From the NCBI RefSeq assembly GCF_001194135.2, contig NC_068984.1, positions 46,556,522-46,620,521 on the forward strand: a stretch of DNA of 64,000 nucleotides, written 5' to 3'. Every line of letters begins with the position of its first letter. The first letter of the stretch is position 1. The translations under genes and the position numbers were made by a program. Below are positions 52,146-64,000 of the stretch, one piece after another. A model generated the notes under the pieces. It made no database searches, was not told where the DNA came from, and worked only from the letters and a program-made list of their open reading frames with translations. This DNA is from Octopus bimaculoides. Taxonomy: Eukaryota.

Positions 52146-53874
52146 ATATTTTTTCACTAAAGGGGCCGAAGAACAAGCATGACAACAAAGGTTGTGGGAT
52201 TTGAATCTGAGAACACAGCGAATCAGATCTAACTACTGTGAGTTTTGGGGGGATTGTCCAAAGGGTTCCGATACCACACAGCAACTTCCCATCACTACAC
52301 CCAGCATAACATCAGATAATGCAGGAAAATGATGAAAAAATCATAATTCAGTTTTCACCAGAAATATGAGAAATGCATTCAGAATATATAATTTTGAAAA
52401 GTGAAGAAGGAAACGAAATATGGTCGAATAAAGAACAGATATTGAGAAGAAGCAGTGTGAAACATTCGATTTTGAAATCTTTTCGTTCAATCTTCCAATT
52501 TTCTTTTTCTTTTTTCGCATCTCAATATTTCACTGTTTGTTCAGATTTTGTGTAGAATTTTTCAGCAATATCTGCGAAATTACATCAAATCTGAAGCTTG
52601 AAAAATTCACAAAAGCACAAGTACATTTACACCATTTGAAATATTCAGAATGACAGACACACGTAAACTTACGTATAAATATATACAGAGAAAGAAAGAA
52701 AGTAAGAACGAAAGAAAGAACGAAAGAAAGAAAGAGCGAGAGAATGACAGATATGAAGATAGATAGATGGAGAGAGACGGGGGGGAGATACTGTGAGGAA
52801 GAACGCCACATGAATAACTGTGTACAAAAATGTTGTGGGCATAATGAAGAGAATTTCAATGTAAAAGACTATATGGGTGTGTGTGCATGTATGTATGTGT
52901 GGTATGAATGTATTTATGAATGTGTGTATGAATATGTGTATGAATGTATGTATGTAAGTATAGGCATATAACTATGTACATGCTTATGTATGTATTTCTC
53001 CAGAATAATCTGGCACAACGCGGTGCAAAGGCGACAACGCTCAACAGAATATACACACTCACGTGTGCATACACACATATAGACACATGCATAAGTTCTA
53101 ACATATATAAGCACACATACCTGATTACATGTACTTGTATACATTCAAGTAAACATACGACAGCGTCATATCCATGTAGAAAAACCGATGGCACATACAT
53201 ATGTAATCACAAATCACAAACAATCTTTATGAAATTTAAGGTTCCAGTCAGGTTGGAGAAGGTATTACAAGAATAATATCAGATTTAATTAAATGCTATG
53301 TTTAGCTTAAAATCGTGTGTATTTTTTCTGTTTTTATATATATACATATATATATATTTATTTTACTCGATGTGAAAATCAAAACATTGATATTTAAGAA
53401 TAATGGTGTAAAATGCTTGTAAAGTTTACGGCAAGTTTTTCTTTCCTTTTTCTTACACGTGCAAATATGTCCATTTGAAAACCTCGTGCGTGCGCGGGCG
53501 TAACACACATACACACACACACACACATGCACACACATACAGATAGTAGATGCAAGCACATGCACATTTACATAGACTCTATATTCATCAGTTTGTTCAT
53601 ATTTTTATGTACATGGATAAGCATACTGTATTTCTTTATCTCCTCCCCCTGTCAGTAAATGTATGAGTAAACCCATGCATGGATACAGATAAATGCATAT
53701 AGAAAGCTATCTGCGTATCTATTAATCCAATTCACTCACTCTCTCCTTCTCTCTAATTGTATCTATACGCCCACACACTCTCTTTCTCTAATTGTATCTA
53801 TACGCATATATACACACGCACACACTCACTCTCTCTCTCTCTCACACACATACACAAAGCGTTATTTATTTAAC

Positions 53875-54025
53875 CGTGGATTGAGGTAAGGACTTTGCTT
53901 CCCAACCAAAGGGTTCTGGGTTCATTCCTCTTACGTTGCACCAAGTTTTAGTATTTTCTACTATAACCCTGGGTCTCCGAAAGCCTTGTGTGTGATTTTT
54001 TCAGGCGGAAACAGAAAGTATAACC
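53875..54025 (+). mobile_element. SINE family A 5' part, degenerate
   Basis: TTTGCTTCCCAACCA..GGGTTCATTCC..TTCTACTATAACC..AAAGCCTTGTG. Confidence 0.65.
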
Positions 54026-54184
54026 TCTAAATAAAATTTAAAAAATAATAAATAAAAAAAGAAAGAAGTGGAAATTTTCATGGTGAGTGTGTTAAATTTT
54101 AAGGCACAATAAGAAAATGACTCTCCCCAGACACAACAGAATATGCTTCAATACACGAAATCACAAATCCAAAAATGAAATATG

Positions 54185-54218
<34 letters not shown>

Positions 54219-55804
54219 NNNNNNNNNNNNNNNNNNNNNNNNNNNNNNNNNNNNNNNNNNNNNNNNNNNNNNNNNNNNNNNNNNNNNNNNNNNNNNNNNN
54301 NNNNNNNNNNNNNNNNNNNNNNNNNNNNNNNNNNNNNNNNNNNNNNNNNNNNNNNNNNNNNNNNNNNNNNNNNNNNNNNNNNNNNNNNNNNNNNNNNNNN
54401 NNNNNNNNNNNNNNNNNNNNNNNNNNNNNNNNNNNNNNNNNNNNNNNNNNNNNNNNNNNNNNNNNNNNNNNNNNNNNNNNNNNNNNNNNNNNNNNNNNNN
54501 NNNNNNNNNNNNNNNNNNNNNNNNNNNNNNNNNNNNNNNNNNNNNNNNNNNNNNNNNNNNNNNNNNNNNNNNNNNNNNNNNNNNNNNNNNNNNNNNNNNN
54601 NNNNNNNNNNNNNNNNNNNNNNNNNNNNNNNNNNNNNNNNNNNNNNNNNNNNNNNNNNNNNNNNNNNNNNNNNNNNNNNNNNNNNNNNNNNNNNNNNNNN
54701 NNNNNNNNNNNNNNNNNNNNNNNNNNNNNNNNNNNNNNNNNNNNNNNNNNNNNNNNNNNNNNNNNNNNNNNNNNNNNNNNNNNNNNNNNNNNNNNNNNNN
54801 NNNNNNNNNNNNNNNNNNATACTGAAAAATAGACGCTAAAGTGTCTATCCACATAAGATATTTTTACTTATATTATTACACCACGTGTCGTAATGAGTGA
54901 GGAAAGCAAGCTAAAAGAAATTCCTAAAACTATAGTTATCGCCGAATCGGTTCCGACTTCTGGATTAATCCAAAGAAGGATTCTTCCTTCATCAGCGAGG
55001 AACACTAAATGAAGATAAATGAAATATTTACGCATACCCACGGAAAAGCAGATGCAAAGTCATGAATACATTCAAGTACCCCAAATATATCCAAATAGAA
55101 ATTCCCTAGCAAGCCTCGACACAAGTGTATGCATACATCCACGCGTTCGGAATTGCGTTCGTGTGTGCATGTGCGTGTGCATGTGTGTGTGTGTGTGTGT
55201 GTTTGTGTGAGTGTGATTTATTGTAAACAATTGTACCTGGATATCGACTATTTAGTGAACGTTTTATATATTTGCTTAATACTAAAGCAATTTTTGTAGG
55301 ACGTTTTCCTCCATTTCAGTTTCCGTATAGAATACATTACTATCTCTTCGTCAGTCATCTACAGTTCAAATGTCTCCATAATGGGATAAGAAATGCCATC
55401 AATGACTCACTGATCTATGTTTCAAATTAAATGGAACTTTACTTCCTCGTGTGTATATGCAATGATGAACTAAAGCAAAACAATCAATATTTCTAAGCCA
55501 TGAGAAGATGTAAAATACTTAAATCATAACAGGAAAGCGCTTAGCATAAGTATAATAATTCCCTCATTTAACATTATCGTTTTCAATATCGAAGTATATT
55601 TTTTTCAAGGTGAATATTGTGTAGCATACTGAAATGCAATAAAAAGAAGTATCTTTTCATCTATTTAACTTTCAGTCAATTGATTCCTTTGCAATGGGTA
55701 GGAGAAATCTCTTAATCTTAAATATTTTTAAAATAACACACTGAAATGCCATTTAATATTTAATGTATTTATATATATTTATATACATGTGTGTGAGTCT
55801 GCGT

Positions 55805-55810
55805 GCGTGA

Positions 55811-55892
<82 letters not shown>
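55805..55892. repeat. (GT)n microsatellite
   Basis: Read directly from the sequence. Confidence 0.95.
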
Positions 55893-55895
<3 letters not shown>

Positions 55896-58800
55896 GTGCA
55901 TATGGGCCTGTACACACATAGATAACCAGGCAAAAATATGCACTTACATGAATGTCAGTGTGAAAATGCACATGATTTCTAGCCTGTTTTTAATGAAGGT
56001 TTACGTTTCATTTTATGAACTCCTTCTGGTGGATCTGTTAAATTGTCAAATCTACTTTCAACGTTCAGGAATTTATATGATTTGGTGTTTAGATTGAAGT
56101 GTTGTTGGTGAGTGTTGCAGTTCCATTAGGTTGCGGTAATATGATGAATGTTATACCATTCATGTGCGATTTTTAACGTTCTTTTCGTCAGCTCTATTTG
56201 CGGGTTTGTGGTTTATATACTAGTGTATATTTTCTGTTTATTTAATTTAGCACTCTATAGTCTTATGCATATAGTATTTATTATTAAACGTCTACATATG
56301 TTCGAAATTTTGAATGGCATAGATGTTTTCCTGTCGAGTTTTATTTGTCTTATCACACTTCATTTCAATTGCTCCTTGCTTTAAGTTCATAGTAAACTGA
56401 TACTGAAAAGATATTATTTATATGTACGGTCAATATAGTCATTAAATTTTCAACTTCGACATTTGCAATCGAAGTTATCAATCGTGTTCGTCATTGGCCT
56501 ATACTTATCGAGTTAGCATATTTGCTTTTATTAGTTTGCTATGGATGGAAATGTGACGTTAACATTTTTATGATTATTTATCATGATTAGTTAACGCTTT
56601 CATTCATTGGATATATGTTTTGTTTTATGAAAGTTTTGATATTCTAATTATCTATCCAATTGTGAACATGCGTTTGACTTAATTACATTAATTTGTGGTG
56701 TAGTATGTGTGTTTCTTAGAGGTCCAGTGTCTATTGATGTTTTCGCTTCGAAATTGAGTGTCCATTGTTCTATGCTTTCGTTTTTCTTTCATAGTCATTT
56801 GATTAGTGTTTATTATATTCTATGAATTTCCTGTTCAGTACTTCTTATGTAGAGGACATTATAAATGGGCATCTAAATAGCATCTTAAATAGTGATATTT
56901 TAATTTTTGCATTTCCATGTAAATATAAGCAAATGTTTGTGACATTGAAGAAAACTGACGTGTCTGTTATTTTCCTTCAGAATGCCTATATCTAGAAATT
57001 GCATTACTGGGAGATTTATTGGTGCATTATAAGTGCATTATAAGTTATAAGGAATAGTTTTCTACTTCCTTAATTTTCCTTACATTTCTGGCGGAAACCA
57101 TTAGTGTGAATATAGTACTCAGTTACCAGGGTCACAGCCTATAATATTTTAATTTATATCTCTGTTTATTCCGGTTGTGTGTTACAAGAACACTGCAAAT
57201 ATGAGTCACAAAGTGTAAATCAAGTCTACTCACTCCTTTTGTTTATAGAATTAGAGTCATTGTTAGTGAAAAACTAATTTTGATGCAAAGAACACCAACA
57301 TTTGTAATTCGATATATTAGGTATGGCAAGAGTCGGAATGTTTAATGTGTGCATATACATTAGCGAAAATGGTTCCTACTGTTTGTAACACTGGAAACAG
57401 ATAGATTTTTTTCTGCAAGAGAGAAATACTTCCTCTTGCGAAGTATGATAATCACCCACAAGCCCATTACCGTATTTGTAGTATGAAGTAACTTCAAAGT
57501 ACCATATGACACAGAGAAGAACTTCAGAGGAAATATTTCCTGTGAAATATTTCAATTCAATAGAATTTCGTTACGATGTGTTATATTCTAAAAGTTTAAT
57601 ATCGAGTGTCCCCAATATATGATCAGACCAGAAGTTTTTCGCTATTATACATCTATATGTGAATATACAATTTTATTTCATAATGCTGAGTGGGCATATT
57701 GATTTAAGCATGAACGAATATAATTTTGGGTGTTGAAATTAATAATACTTCATGGATAAAATTACGAAACGGCTGTAATCATATGGAAATGATATGGAAG
57801 AAAAATGAATTTGTATTTGTTTCTTACACCTCGTGATTATATAGGTATTGTTAACTGCTCGTGGAAGTGTTTCTATGTGTATATCCTGTATTTTTAGTTC
57901 TATCGACAAGTTACACTACATCGTAATTTAATTACTGAGTGAACTGATAGTCAATTCCTCCAGGAGTGAGTACTCCGGGCTCTGCTTGATGTCCTGAATA
58001 AAATTTTCCATTTATTAACAGGGCTTCCGTCGCTAATAATTAATCTTTAATAAACCTGCAGCCTATTTGCAACATCAGTATCTGAAAAGATCCACGTAGT
58101 AGCGAGATTTGACCGGATGCTTCTTCTGATGATTTCTAGTAAAATGAAATCACGTGATATGAGAATTCCGGCGCCCATGATATACGATTATTGCTCTGTA
58201 CGATCTATATCCGTGCGTTTATGTACCAAGCACATACATGAGAGGGTCTCTCAAGGATAATAACGCTGTATTCAGTATTCTAGCAAAACATCCACGTAAA
58301 GTGAATACATAAATATATATGCGGGTGTATAAGTGTAGAGAAATTTTATCTCACTGCGAGACATATCATGTGTGAGTTGTCTAATTTATTTCTAGGATGA
58401 CCATTAAGATTGTGCTTATTGTTCAGTGCACAAAAATAGCATAGATCCGCAAAAGTCGAAAACAAAATGTGCACAAACACACACACACAAACACACACAC
58501 ACACACACACGCACACACACACACACAATACATATGCATATGCACAAGTAGTGTGCACGAATGTGCGAGTTCGAGGATGTGACGTGTTTAAACGTGTGTC
58601 TATGTCTACATTAATCTTCTGCAAAATACCGACTCGTTGATACTAGTCCACCCATTAGACATAGAGACTCAGACATAGTCATATATATATATATATATAT
58701 ATATNNNNNNNNNNNNNNNNNNNNNNNNNNNNNNNNNNNNNNNNNNNNNNNNNNNNNNNNNNNNNNNNNNNNNNNNNNNNNNNNNNNNNNNNNNNNNNNN

Positions 58801-59028
58801 NNNNNNNNNNNNNNNNNNNNNNNNNNNNNNNNNNNNNNNNNNNNNNNNNNNNNNNNNNNNNNNNNNNNNNNNNNNNNNNNNNNNNNNNNNNNNNNNNNNN
58901 NNNNNNNNNNNNNNNNNNNNNNNNNNNNNNNNNNNNNNNNNNNNNNNNNNNNNNNNNNNNNNNNNNNNNNNNNNNNNNNNNNNNNNNNNNNNNNNNNNNN
59001 NNNNNNNNNNNNNNNNNNNNNNNNNNNN

Positions 59029-59082
<54 letters not shown>

Positions 59083-59315
59083 ATATGTATACATGCGCAC
59101 ACACATATATATATATGTAGAGAGAACAATTTACACACATACACACACACATATATACAAATGTATATATACATATATGTATATACATGCATACATAAAA
59201 CATACATACATATATACATACATTCATACATACATACATACATACATACATTCATACAATGACAGACAGACTATGCAGAAATGTGCTATAATTGACTTTA
59301 AAGCAGCGCTAAAAC

Positions 59316-59382
59316 CTGGGTCGCTAACGACGTCAACTTCTCTGCGATGCCTTCTAACTCAATTTCTTGTCGTGTAAGATAT
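59316..59382 (-). CDS. possible 67-nt internal exon of an unidentified host gene ([22 protein letters not shown])
   Basis: ttttgtag acceptor, a single open frame, weak donor CAG|GTTTTA; no homology recognised. Confidence 0.2.
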
Positions 59383-59777
59383 CTACAAAATCACACGATT
59401 GATACGTTTGATTGCTAAGATACTGGATTACAATGATGGCTAAGTTGGTTTCCAGCTATTGTTTATTTTGATTCTAAATAAGTTTAAATGGCGTCCAAAA
59501 GTCCATGGTAAGGTAAACTTTTGGAGAATGAAATTTGTTTTCGTTGCTAATATAACTGATGACGTCCAACTAATGTTAGATAGACTCAATCAAGATGTTA
59601 CACATGAATGAAGCTGTATCGAATGTGCAGTTATATTTTTAGGATATATATGTCTCACGTACTATACGCTTTCAGGTGACGAGAGAACTCTTTGTCATGG
59701 TCACAGTACAATTGCAATTAGTTAAATTCAAACTTACGCAAACTTACGCACAAGCGCACGAACACACACGGACGCTG

Positions 59778-59808
<31 letters not shown>

Positions 59809-59814
59809 CGTTTA

Positions 59815-60209
59815 TCTTTTACTCTTTTCAATCATTTGACTGCGGCCACACTGGGGAATCGCGTTCACGTGTTTTAGTCGAACAAATCAACCTCAGGACT
59901 TATATTTTTAAGTATAGTAATCATTCTATTGGACTGTTTTACCGAATTGCTAGGTTATGGCGACGTAAACACACCAACACCAGTTGTCAATCGGTGGTGT
60001 GGGAGAAATACAATCGTAAAGACACGCAGAGGCAGATACACAAACACATATACGACGGTTTCTTTCAGTTTCCGCCTATCGAATCCACGCAGAAGTCTTT
60101 GGGCACCCCGAGGCTACAATGGAAGACACTTGCCGAAAGTACTACACAGGGGGACTGAACCCGGAACCATTTGGTTGGGAAGCAAACTTCTTACTACACA
60201 GCTACGCCT
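59815..60209 (-). mobile_element. full-length SINE family A
   Basis: Reverse complement of GGCGTAGCTGTGTAGTAAGAAGTTTGCTTCCCAACC..GGGTTCAGTCCC..GGCCGCAGTCAAATGATTGAAAAGAGTAAAAG. Confidence 0.85.
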
Positions 60210-61329
60210 GCGCCTATATACACACCATGTGCGCCATTATTATACCATTTGGATTCACTGGGACAGACGTCATGCCTGACATCTTATTTAGCCAGTAAAT
60301 GTAAAGTAGTAGGAGAAAGCTGAAGTTCCAGTGGACACGGATTTTATAATAAATCTGCCTCTCCACCAACGATAAATTAACGATTAGTACATCCTCCGTT
60401 GTTATTCTTTAACTTGCTTTAAAATAAAACCCGCCATTCGTTTAGAACGTATAAAAAGATATCAATATGCACATCCATCTTTCTATCTCCCTGTGTTTAT
60501 ATACACAAACACACGCTTATATATGAATATTTATAGATAGCTAGATACATTGACATGTAGATATATGGACAGGTAGCAGCAAAAATAGATATGGGTATAT
60601 GTATATCATATTGTATTTTACGTCTTTATAAGCTATACTTCTCTCANNNNNNNNNNNNNNNNNNNNNNNNNNNNNNNNNNNNNNNNNNNNNNNNNNNNNN
60701 NNNNNNNNNNNNNNNNNNNNNNNNNNNNNNNTATATATATAATAGCTTGGAAATTGCTTTTAAAACCCCTGAGCGAAAATATAGACAAGAAACTACCTGC
60801 GGATAATGAAACACCATATTTTCAGTAACCAATTATACCAAACCAGCATTCCTTTTCCTTCGTGAATGATTTGATCTTGGCAATGTATTACCAACTTTTT
60901 CTTTGTACTTGAAATTTCCATGTCTTTAATGACATATTTCACGTTGCTTCTATACTTCCGTAATACTTCCGTCCATCCATGCACACAAATACACACACAT
61001 AAACACAAACATACACACATATATAATGTGTATATAAAGTAGAAACTCGATGTGAGGTAGCTGGACAACAGAAGAAATATTCAGTTCATGAACGCCCCTC
61101 AAGCAAGCGTTAGGCTCCTTATCATCTGACGCTGTAAGGAAGAATGGCCCACCTAAATGCTGGCTCTTAATTGCGTTCCTCCTGCTTTCGACATGTTATA
61201 TTTAGTGGTGATTGAACTCATGGCCTTTGGATGATATTATTTCTTTCTATTATCATGTATACCGCTCGATCACGAAGACCACCAAAAGAACTTCCACTGT
61301 GGTTCTATTTAAATCTGAGTTCTTTATTT

Positions 61330-61515
61330 CCTAGATTGTTTGCGTTTTGTTTGAACTCCAGCAATTGTTTCTCATTGCCAACAGCCATATTGAACTCTCC
61401 TCTGAGTCACTGCCCTGTGGCGACCTTTTATTCCAAGCTGACTGAAAGGGTGACACAAGGAAGCTGCAATGGACCCTCGTGCACCAACTTCCACAACCTG
61501 CATGTGCAACCGTAG
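61330..61515 (-). mobile_element. 3' coding end of a HERO-like RLE non-LTR retrotransposon
   Basis: MQVVEVGARGSIAASLCHPFSQLGIKGRHR..EESSIWLLAMRNN resembles the EVGCRGF..SL..LGI.G..AE..S.WLW.RR terminus. Confidence 0.55.
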
Positions 61516-62329
61516 CCATCATTTTTAAGTACTTTCACAACATCATTTTACTTAATCTTATAAAGGAAGCATTCATCGACTCCGTTCTCATCAAGGACTG
61601 TCGATTAAAAAGCAGGAAACAGAAAAAAAACTCGACACAATAAACAGTACGACAACAAAAATCTTGCGATGTATTATACTCATATAATATATTTAAACAA
61701 TAAAGATAAATGAATGTGAGGTTTTCTACCACGTTCAGTTAAATATCAAGTTAAATATTCCTGTATAGAAAATCTTGTTAACGCGTGAAAGTTAATATAA
61801 TAATCGTCATCGTTATCTTTAAATAGAAATAACGAAAACATGTTTTGAGTTAAAAAATTTTATATACTAGAAACAATGGAATCTATATGTACATACGTCG
61901 AAATAATTATGAAAATATATATCGTTATGCTATCCATATTCATGTAAGTAGATTGTGACATTTACAACATATTCATATGCTAAATTATGCACACACTGGA
62001 AATACAACTGTTCAAGGTATCGAGTAGTATCATCAATATAGATACATTGTCCTCTTGACAGAATATAGAATTATATGTGTGCTATAGATTGTAGTGAGAT
62101 CTTTTCACTAATCCAGTGGCCCACTCACATTCAGTGTTTGATACATATGTGGTACATTTCTACCCTTACATCCTAGCATTTGTCAACAGAAGGCGACCTT
62201 TTCTGCTGTATGAAAATACCTCACCCTGCTTGAACGATCCTGAATAAACACCAGGAAATGCAAGAAATTAAACCACATGGTTTGGACGTAGCTTCATAGG
62301 ATTATTATTTATTCCGATCCATGACTCAC

Positions 62330-62413
62330 TTCCTGCACTCGAAACGCTTCATCAACCGGTAGAAGTTCTTCGCCCCGAAGGGCAGCAACTGGTATCAACG
62401 CTAGACCAAACAA
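62330..62413 (-). CDS. possible 84-nt phase 0-0 internal exon of an unidentified host gene (LFGLALIPVAALRGEELLPVDEAFRVQE)
   Basis: Strong acceptor tttctctatcag and donor GAA|GTGAGT, a single open frame, GC-richer than flanks, not repeat-like. Confidence 0.4.
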
Positions 62414-62617
62414 CTGATAGAGAAATGACTTCAGATGCTGCAAATCAATGGCTTCAGATAGATTGCATTTGTTGTAATTTGATGAATAAAGCAAACAAGT
62501 TACCAAAATATTGCAAAACATTTTTACTCAACACGGTATACATATACATATATATAATATATAAAATCGTACAGTAATATGGCAGATTTTATAATGTTTA
62601 GGCAGCAACTTATATCA

Positions 62618-62663
<46 letters not shown>

Positions 62664-64000
62664 TACACACACGTACTTAAATGAAAGAAAACGCAGAAAT
62701 AAGGCATCTTTTGATATATTTATCTTTCAGACAATTGATNNNNNNNNNNNNNNNNNNNNNNNNNNNNNNNNNNNNNNNNNNNNNNNNNNNNNNNNNNNNN
62801 NNNNNNNNNNNNNNNNNNNNNNNNNNNNNNNNNNNNNNNNNNNNNNNNNNNNNNNNNNNNNNNNNNNNNNNNNNNNNNNNNNNNNNNNNNNNNNNNNNNN
62901 NNNNNNNNNNNNNNNNNNNNNNNNNNNNNNNNNNNNNNNNNNNNNNNNNNNNNNNNNNNNNNNNNNNNNNNNNNNNNNNNNNNNNNNNNNNNNNNNNNNN
63001 NNNNNNNNNNNNNNNNNNNNNNNNNNNNNNNNNNNNNNNNNNNNNNNNNNNNNNNNNNNNNNNNNNNNNNNNNNNNNNNNNNNNNNNNNNNNNNNNNNNN
63101 NNNNNNNNNNNNNNNNNNNNNNNNNNNNNNNNNNNNNNNNNNNNNNNNNNNNNNNNNNNNNNNNNNNNNNNNNNNNNNNNNNNNNNNNNNNNNNNNNNNN
63201 NNNNNNNNNNNNNNNNNNNNNNNNNNNNNNNNNNNNNNNNNNNNNNNNNNNNNNNNNNNNNNNNNNNNNNNNNNNNNNNNNNNNNNNNNNNNNNNNNNNN
63301 NNNNNNNNNNNNNNNNNNNNNNNNNNNNNNNNNNNNNNNNNNNNNNNNNNNNNNNNNNNNNNNNNNNNNNNNNNNNNNNNNNNNNNNNNNNNNNNNNNNN
63401 NNNNNNNNNNNNNNNNNNNNNNNNNNNNNNNNNNNNNNNNNNNNNNNNNNNNNNNNNNNNNNNNNNNNNNNNNNNNNNNNNNNNNNNNNNNNNNNNNNNN
63501 NNNNNNNNNNNNNNNNNNNNNNNNNNNNNNNNNNNNNNNNNNNNNNNNNNNNNNNNNNNNNNNNNNNNNNNNNNNNNNNNNNNNNNNNATATATATACAT
63601 AAAAATACAAACATTTATACAAAGACACGCACACATATTAAACACGCATAATTACATTGTTTAAACTTCACACGTCCAAACACAACGTCTGTCCAGGAAA
63701 ATTGTTCCCCTATAGGCAATCAACCTTTCCGAATTCTAAATTGGTACTTGGCCGAATTACTGTGCTAGGGATTTAACACTTACTATAACTGACAGAATTT
63801 CCGCTCCACATACCATCTAATGACTCAAATCTCCTTCTTCAATTGAATGAATCTTTTCTCTTTATACGCTTCCGTGTTTGTCTTCAGCTTTTTTAAGCTT
63901 TTCCTTCTCCATTTTCTATTCGTGTGCGCGCATATGTATATATGTGTGTGGGTATGCGTGTGTATGAGTGTGTGTGTGTGTATGTGTATGTGTGTGCATA

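Noticed and set aside
54940-55005. Hammerhead-like CTGATGA..GGAACCGATT on the minus strand with a TGGATTAATCCA palindrome
   Set aside because: Stem II does not close onto the core, stem I is only about 3 bp and several core bases are wrong; at best a decayed relic.
58120-58165. CTGATGA..GAAATCACGTGATA hammerhead-like string
   Set aside because: No plausible stem I and a weak stem II.

Overview
AT-rich, microsatellite-dense eukaryotic draft-genome DNA with 10 N-gaps. The tRNA-derived SINE types, (AAT)n/(AC)n/(TA)n arrays and LINE content look like octopus/cephalopod DNA; this is an inference, no search was run. No intact protein-coding gene is evident, and most short ORFs are microsatellite artefacts. 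The window is a mosaic of transposon relics: five R4/Dong-type restriction-like-endonuclease (RLE) LINE pieces, three Tx1/L1-clade LINE copies, a Penelope-like element (PLE), a HERO-like 3' end, a Tc1 transposon, a Gypsy LTR+gag relic, old CR1/L2-like fragments and about 20 SINEs of three families. Main observations: (1) a 530-bp near-perfect palindrome (48380-48909) carrying a type I hammerhead ribozyme on each strand, plus further hammerhead variants at about 1.5 kb and 34.1 kb; (2) two unrelated LINE clades (R4/Dong and Tx1) that both abut (AAT)n arrays but from opposite strands, in one case head-to-head on one array that appears to be a SINE tail. Two weak minus-strand exon candidates (59.3 and 62.4 kb) may belong to a host gene.
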